A model generated the notes under the pieces. It was not told the DNA's origin, made no database searches, and saw nothing but the letters and a program-made list of their open reading frames with translations. DNA of 64,000 nucleotides from a virus. Below are positions 58,946-64,000 of the stretch, piece by piece; the stretch's first letter is position 1, and the number at the start of each line of letters is the position of its first letter. The stretch is taken from IMG/VR virus record IMGVR_UViG_3300036770_001537; one strand, 5' to 3'. The position numbers and the translations under genes were made by a program.

Positions 58946-60415
58946 TTAGCCTTTCAATTGTATCTTATAGATTTTGAATGAGAATTTTTCTTCAGAATAG
59001 ATTTGAATACGTGAAGAAAAGTGTTTGAGAGTATAGTTTTCTTTTTTACGATAGCGTAGGTCATCTGCAATATCAAATAATGTTGCTTCTGTTTTGGTAT
59101 CAGATTTTCTGAGACTTCTACCAATTGATTGCAGATTTCTAATCCTTGATTTAGATGGGCTGGCAAATATTACATTATGTAGATTCTTTATATTAACTCC
59201 TGTAGAGAATGTTCCATATGAAGCAATGATTATAGCATCTGTTTCAGATTCTACAATCTTTCGTGTTTCTTCACGAACATTTACATTCACATCACCATGA
59301 ATAAAAAATACTTTTCTATCCTTGGCTCTACTATTTATCATGTCATATAATATAGACCCATGTTTATCTACATACTGATATAATATAAGAGTATTACCAT
59401 TCAATGATAATGATAGATTGGATATGAATTTATTTCTTTCTTCATTGAGAACAAGATATTCTATTTCTTGTTGATATGTATAATTTCTTGCCAACTTACA
59501 GCTTTCATCTGAATGTTTGAGAAGAAGGCATTTAATCTTGAAATCAGCAACGTGTTTCTGGTCCATAAGCTCTTTGGTAGTAATGACTTTATGGACCGAA
59601 CCAAATAGTCCTTCCAAAACAAGTTTGTGTGTTTTTGTACCATCAAGTGTGCCTGTAGTACCAATTCTATACTTGGCATTAGTGAGAGATGTCATGATGT
59701 CTGTTAGAGATTTTGCTTTGAACTGGTGTGCTTCGTCACCGATGACAAATCCAAACTTCTTGAAGTATTTGGGAGGGAGTTTGTGTAATGATTGCCAAGT
59801 AGAAATGGTTACTCTTTTGTTGGTATCTTTGTCCTGGCCTTGGTATATTCTATGGACATTATCCTCAACATTCCAACCATTTAGTTCAGAGTAATCTTTG
59901 AAGTCTGAATATAATTGCTCTACCAGAGATATGTTGGGAACAATAATAAGACCTCGTTCTTCAGTCTCAAGAAAATGTCTAAGCATCAAATAGATAATCA
60001 AAGACTTTCCTGATGCTGTTGGTGACAGTAACAATGCTCTTTTTGATCTGACAGCATGAACGAATGCTTCAACCTGATAATCTCTTGGCTGATATTTTGG
60101 ACCTATTGTCTCAATGAATTTATTTGCTTCGTTCAATGAAAATGATGTTGTGGAATCATCATATTTGTATGTATAATTACGACTTTTACAGAATGATATA
60201 ATATGTTGGATAAGTCCTCGGTATATCCTACGATTTCTAACATCCCACAATCTTATCTTTCCGTCCCAAAGACGAGCACGAAATTGTGGTGTGAATTGAG
60301 CCCCCGGAATAGTTAAAGTAAAATAATCTCTAAGCTCATAAGATATTGATTCGTCACACTGTATAGTGACAAAGACTTCGTTTTCATTTTTTATTATTAC
60401 ATCAGCCTCTGCCAT
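58946..60415 (-). CDS. uvsW: SF2 helicase UvsW
   Basis: WDGKIRL, PTASGKS, DEAH, TGT, QSIGRSLR. Confidence 0.95.
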   Translation of the reverse strand: MAEADVIIKNENEVFVTIQCDESISYELRDYFTLTIPGAQFTPQFRARLWDGKIRLWDVRNRRIYRGLIQHIISFCKSRNYTYKYDDSTTSFSLNEANKFIETIGPKYQPRDYQVEAFVHAVRSKRALLLSPTASGKSLIIYLMLRHFLETEERGLIIVPNISLVEQLYSDFKDYSELNGWNVEDNVHRIYQGQDKDTNKRVTISTWQSLHKLPPKYFKKFGFVIGDEAHQFKAKSLTDIMTSLTNAKYRIGTTGTLDGTKTHKLVLEGLFGSVHKVITTKELMDQKHVADFKIKCLLLKHSDESCKLARNYTYQQEIEYLVLNEERNKFISNLSLSLNGNTLILYQYVDKHGSILYDMINSRAKDRKVFFIHGDVNVNVREETRKIVESETDAIIIASYGTFSTGVNIKNLHNVIFASPSKSRIRNLQSIGRSLRKSDTKTEATLFDIADDLRYRKKENYTLKHFSSRIQIYSEEKFSFKIYKIQLKG

Positions 60416-60854
60416 TAAGATACATTTCCCATTTGATTATGTTGCTCAACTGAAAAGTTCTATTGTTTAATTCTTTCAATACTCTATCACAATAGTCTAC
60501 TATTTCTTGATGAATAACTTTTTTGATTAGAATTTTATTTAGGTCATCATCAGAATCAAGATACGATGGAATATCCTGCCTCATTATCTTCTTCATCTGT
60601 GGTTCCCAACCATATTCTTTCAAGTCTTCTGGATTATTCAAATCACCCATATAATACTCAATCTTCACTTTCTTGAGAGTATTATATTCATATGATAACT
60701 TCTTGACTATTAGGTTATGATGGGATAGTATGTTGAGGTATTTTGAATGAAGGTTGGGTATTCTACTCAATTCTCTTGTAGGATCGGTAGTATCAACTGG
60801 AGAATCATTTAGCCATTCTTCAGATAGGGTATCTATTGTGACTGGTGGTTTCAT
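60402..60854 (-). CDS. uvsY: recombination mediator UvsY
   Basis: IPNLHSKY, YYMG, R.FQLSNII.W; synteny. Confidence 0.9.
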   Translation of the reverse strand: MKPPVTIDTLSEEWLNDSPVDTTDPTRELSRIPNLHSKYLNILSHHNLIVKKLSYEYNTLKKVKIEYYMGDLNNPEDLKEYGWEPQMKKIMRQDIPSYLDSDDDLNKILIKKVIHQEIVDYCDRVLKELNNRTFQLSNIIKWEMYLNGRG

Positions 60855-60906
60855 ATTTATAATCCTCTATAAAATAATATTCATTATAAAGGATTATTAT
60901 TATGTG

Positions 60907-61507
60907 TCAAGTCATAATCTTTGAATTTTTTCTTTTTTCTTCGTGATATTTTTTCATTCTTAGTGATTGTAGTATTCTATTTTTTTCGTCAGACCAATAC
61001 TTAATCCTTTTATTTTTTTGTTTTTCTTTTACATCTTTGCGTTTGCTTGGATTTTTATCTGGATTATTTTTATAATATTCTGATCTTTTTTTACCTTCTA
61101 TCCTTTATCGCCGGGATACGCATTGGATTTTTATCTGGATTATTCCTATGATAATTTTTAAGACCTTGAGTGTTTTTACCTTTCATATTATTTTTTTGTT
61201 TTTCTGTCATTCTATATCCAGAAGTTCCATCACCACCGTCTGTTCTATTCCTCAATATCCCAGTTCCATTATCTTTACGACCATACCAACGAATTAATCT
61301 GCGTTCTAAAGCAAAAGCACCAAGTTCAGTTAGGTTTGATTCGCATATAATAATCCTTGATTTCTCTTTTGGGATGCTAATAGATTCCTTTTTCCCTTTT
61401 TTAAACAATCTTTTATTTCTACCTTTGCCGATATAATATGGTGTGCCATCTTCACGAAGATATGCATAGACATAGAACTCTAATGAATTTGATTTATAAA
61501 TAGACAT
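60907..61507 (-). pseudogene. GIY-YIG homing endonuclease, frame-broken at 61091
   Basis: N-terminus nearly identical to 15688-16263; after AGA AGG TAA the +1 frame continues [16 protein letters not shown]...KRKNSKIMT. Confidence 0.75.
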
Positions 61508-61577
61508 GGCTGGTGCTCCTGTTTAGCATTAGGGTAGGTAGATGTTGGTAGCATCGTGACCTACATTTCTATTTATA
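61495..61577 (+). ncRNA. structured leader/antisense element, copy 2
   Basis: same architecture as 16251-16337 with compensatory changes. Confidence 0.55.
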
Positions 61578-62091
61578 GTCTTTGTATCTCAAAAAAGTCA
61601 TACCTAAATGTCACATCCATGACAATAGTATTATCAGCATTGTTTTTGGTATCAAACTGAATACCAGATAGAGCATATGGATGGCAGTTCTTAAATAAGA
61701 TACGTATATTCTGTATATTAGAGTTTGTATTGATCGTCAGGACTGCATCATGATATGGCGTCTTTTGTTCGTTATAGAATCTAATATACTGAGCGTAATC
61801 TTGTGGTTTGGTTAATGCTACCAACCAATCATGAGTTTCTTCCCATGTTCTAAGGTCTTCATCTACGATTGCTGTTATATTAAATTGATCATATACCAAT
61901 GTATCACCATGCCTAAACATATTGGCAAATGGTGAAGGCACCTGAACTGGTGATGTTGATATGCCTGGAATTTCTGCCGTTTGAGCAAAATACCGCAAGA
62001 AAGGCATTGTAGGAAACGAGAATGTAAATTTAGTTGCTTGTAGAAAACTGGTGTTTTCTGGAATCTTAGTTAATACTGATTGATTTGACAT
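61573..62091 (-). CDS. 3: tail tube terminator / sheath stabiliser gp3
   Basis: FLQATKF, IPGIS, GDTLVY, VDEDL..W, DAVLTI, VTFRY. Confidence 0.85.
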   Translation of the reverse strand: MSNQSVLTKIPENTSFLQATKFTFSFPTMPFLRYFAQTAEIPGISTSPVQVPSPFANMFRHGDTLVYDQFNITAIVDEDLRTWEETHDWLVALTKPQDYAQYIRFYNEQKTPYHDAVLTINTNSNIQNIRILFKNCHPYALSGIQFDTKNNADNTIVMDVTFRYDFFEIQRL

Positions 62092-63197
62092 TACTTCCTC
62101 ATATTTGCTTCTTTGCCATTTGGATGCCAGTCCCATAAATCTCGATGGTGATATTTTATTGTGGCTAATACTAGAGGATCATTTTCTCTGTTATCTAGCA
62201 ATTTTTCTGCAATATGTGAATGGCTTGCTGCTGCTGCACGCACTTGTTCATCAGGATGTTTATGTAAAACTTCTGCATGTTCGGGATGATGATTGGCTAT
62301 TGCAGCAAGAACTGTTGGCGATCTTTCTGGTTTCTTGGTGAAAAACATACCTTTACCTGGATTCATATATTTGTCGGCAACAGATTCCCATTTGGCTGCT
62401 GCTGCTCTTACATCATCTGATGGATGGTCTATAAACTCATGTGCGAGTGTTTCTGAGCCTTCTACGATTCTTCTTTTAATTCTTTTAGATGCATCAGATG
62501 TACCAGGAGATTTTTTCATATATGTGCGAAGACTATCTTCATCTTCAAATAATTTACCATATTTTGATTTTTTAAGTGCAGGAATATCTTTCAGTTCTGG
62601 ATGTTTTTTGGTAAGATCAAGTAAACTAACTTCATTATCTCTTGAATCTCTTGCTATACCGCCTTCACCTTCATGATAGGCATATACTCCTGATGGTGTA
62701 TGGATAGTATACATATGATTTCTTTCACCCGGTTCGGCATTTGCATCCCTATAATGCTCGAAAGCATTTTCCTTACCTGTGGCAGCAACACACCAATTAG
62801 TCTTTCCTCCACCATAATTTTTGATACATGCTTCTTTGGTATCAACTCTATTTACTTTGATATTATCACTTTCATGGACGGGAACAACAGCATTTTCTTG
62901 TTGTTTCTTAAACTCTCTTTTTCTCAAGTGAAACGTCACATTTTTACTCAAACTATCATAATTTTCATATGAGTTAATGTCTCTGTCATCTTTGTGCATG
63001 ATGTCTTTTACAGAATGAAAGTCTTCTATTGTCTTTGCTACTTCTTTCATATCTGCATCTGGAGGAATATTTTTACCTAACCATTCACCATATGAAGATA
63101 GATGTTTCTTTGGAAGTTCAGATAAGTGAGGATATTTTTCTATAATATCCTTGGCTCTTGCTTCTGTCAGGTATGTGTATTCTTTGAATCTTAACAT
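62091..63197 (-). CDS. putative internal head protein with HEAT-like repeats
   Basis: MLRFKEYTYLTEA capsid-targeting-like start; YGGGKTNWC; VRAAAA repeats. Confidence 0.65.
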   Translation of the reverse strand: MLRFKEYTYLTEARAKDIIEKYPHLSELPKKHLSSYGEWLGKNIPPDADMKEVAKTIEDFHSVKDIMHKDDRDINSYENYDSLSKNVTFHLRKREFKKQQENAVVPVHESDNIKVNRVDTKEACIKNYGGGKTNWCVAATGKENAFEHYRDANAEPGERNHMYTIHTPSGVYAYHEGEGGIARDSRDNEVSLLDLTKKHPELKDIPALKKSKYGKLFEDEDSLRTYMKKSPGTSDASKRIKRRIVEGSETLAHEFIDHPSDDVRAAAAKWESVADKYMNPGKGMFFTKKPERSPTVLAAIANHHPEHAEVLHKHPDEQVRAAAASHSHIAEKLLDNRENDPLVLATIKYHHRDLWDWHPNGKEANMRK

Positions 63198-63454
63198 TAG
63201 TTGATTACCTTATAAAAGTCAGCATTGACATATTCTGAAGTATTACCAACACTCACTTGAACTTCTTTGATTACTGCATCAATATTATCTTTCCAGTAGT
63301 TTAGAAACTTATGCACTCTTGGCATATCTGGAACAATGTCTTCACACTGCCAATAAAATTCATTTAGTAGATTAGTGTAGTCTGGTATATAATATATTAC
63401 GCCTACTAATATGAGTTCTTTTTTGCGAAGAATAATTATGTTACTTCCTCCCAA
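63197..63454 (-). CDS. usg: Usg-family protein
   Basis: YYIPDY..LL.EF.WQ..D..P..P....FL.YW...ID. Confidence 0.7.
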   Translation of the reverse strand: MGGSNIIILRKKELILVGVIYYIPDYTNLLNEFYWQCEDIVPDMPRVHKFLNYWKDNIDAVIKEVQVSVGNTSEYVNADFYKVIN

Positions 63455-64000
63455 TCTATTGTTCCTGAAGCATCATCACCAGCAGTTCCTGCCATTCCTG
63501 CAAGTGTTAGAACTTCTGGTGTATTTGTCAGACCATTTCTTGATAGCTGATATTTGAAAAGAGCATCTTTGTCTAATGATACTAATGCAGATGTTTGATT
63601 GGTTATTCCTACTAAACCTTGTTGAACAACAGTTCCGCCAGAGATAGAATTTGCTACCATATTATATTCTACAGGAGAATCTGATGCAGCAGATGTGAAT
63701 ACGGTATTTCCGCCAAGTGTTCCACCAGAGATCAGAGCATATTTGGCTCTACCATTATTTCCTTCTGCAAGGAATGAAATGTTTGTTGGAATCACAATAG
63801 AATCTAATTGGTCTGCTTTCAATCGTATTGAAACTATTGGATACCATATACCAGCAGTTGCCATATCAATGACAGAATTTGCAGGGGTTCCGATTGATCT
63901 TGGCTTTCCTCTTAATTCATAACCGCCTTCTGACACTACAGAAGAACATACTTGTTTGAGAGTAGAATTGTTTGCCGTTGTGTCGGTATTTGTAATTTCA
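63436..64000 (-). CDS. partial virion structural protein (3' part)
   Basis: open to the window edge; ...LKQVCSSVVSEGGY...IDWEEVT. Confidence 0.65.
   Translation of the reverse strand, partial: EITNTDTTANNSTLKQVCSSVVSEGGYELRGKPRSIGTPANSVIDMATAGIWYPIVSIRLKADQLDSIVIPTNISFLAEGNNGRAKYALISGGTLGGNTVFTSAASDSPVEYNMVANSISGGTVVQQGLVGITNQTSALVSLDKDALFKYQLSRNGLTNTPEVLTLAGMAGTAGDDASGTIDWEEVT

Overview
A 64 kb segment of a large AT-rich T4-like (myovirus) phage genome, almost all encoded on the minus strand. The right two-thirds hold the T4 core replication, recombination and late-transcription genes: 3, uvsY, uvsW, 55, 47, 46, cobT/cobS-like, 1, 45, 44, 62, regA, dUTPase, PAAR, a tail fibre/depolymerase, hsp20, a lysin, a glycosylation cluster, 43, two tRNAs, uvsX, 40 and 41. 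The left ~22 kb is an accessory region of small early genes, including RNA-repair enzymes and a GGQ release-factor-domain protein. A Usg homologue, a GapR/DsbA-like protein and a ROSE-type hsp20 leader suggest an alphaproteobacterial host (inference). Five main observations: (1) tRNA-Leu(UAA) is split at U^AA by a cyanobacterial/plastid-type (IC3) group I intron carrying an HNH endonuclease on the antisense strand. (2) Two genes are interrupted exactly at CUU-stop inside catalytic motifs: a metallophosphoesterase reading GAC-CTT-TAG-CTT-CAC behind a strong hairpin (candidate stop-hopping), and the second half of DNA polymerase with a prfB-like CTT-TAA-C +1 shift. (3) DNA polymerase is split in the fingers domain by an EDxHD/Vsr-like endonuclease, with no intein or intron visible. 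(4) Three paralogues have the architecture of bacterial ice-nucleation proteins in miniature. (5) A covarying structured element, probably an antisense RNA, sits in front of two GIY-YIG genes. All assignments come from motif recognition by eye; no searches were run.
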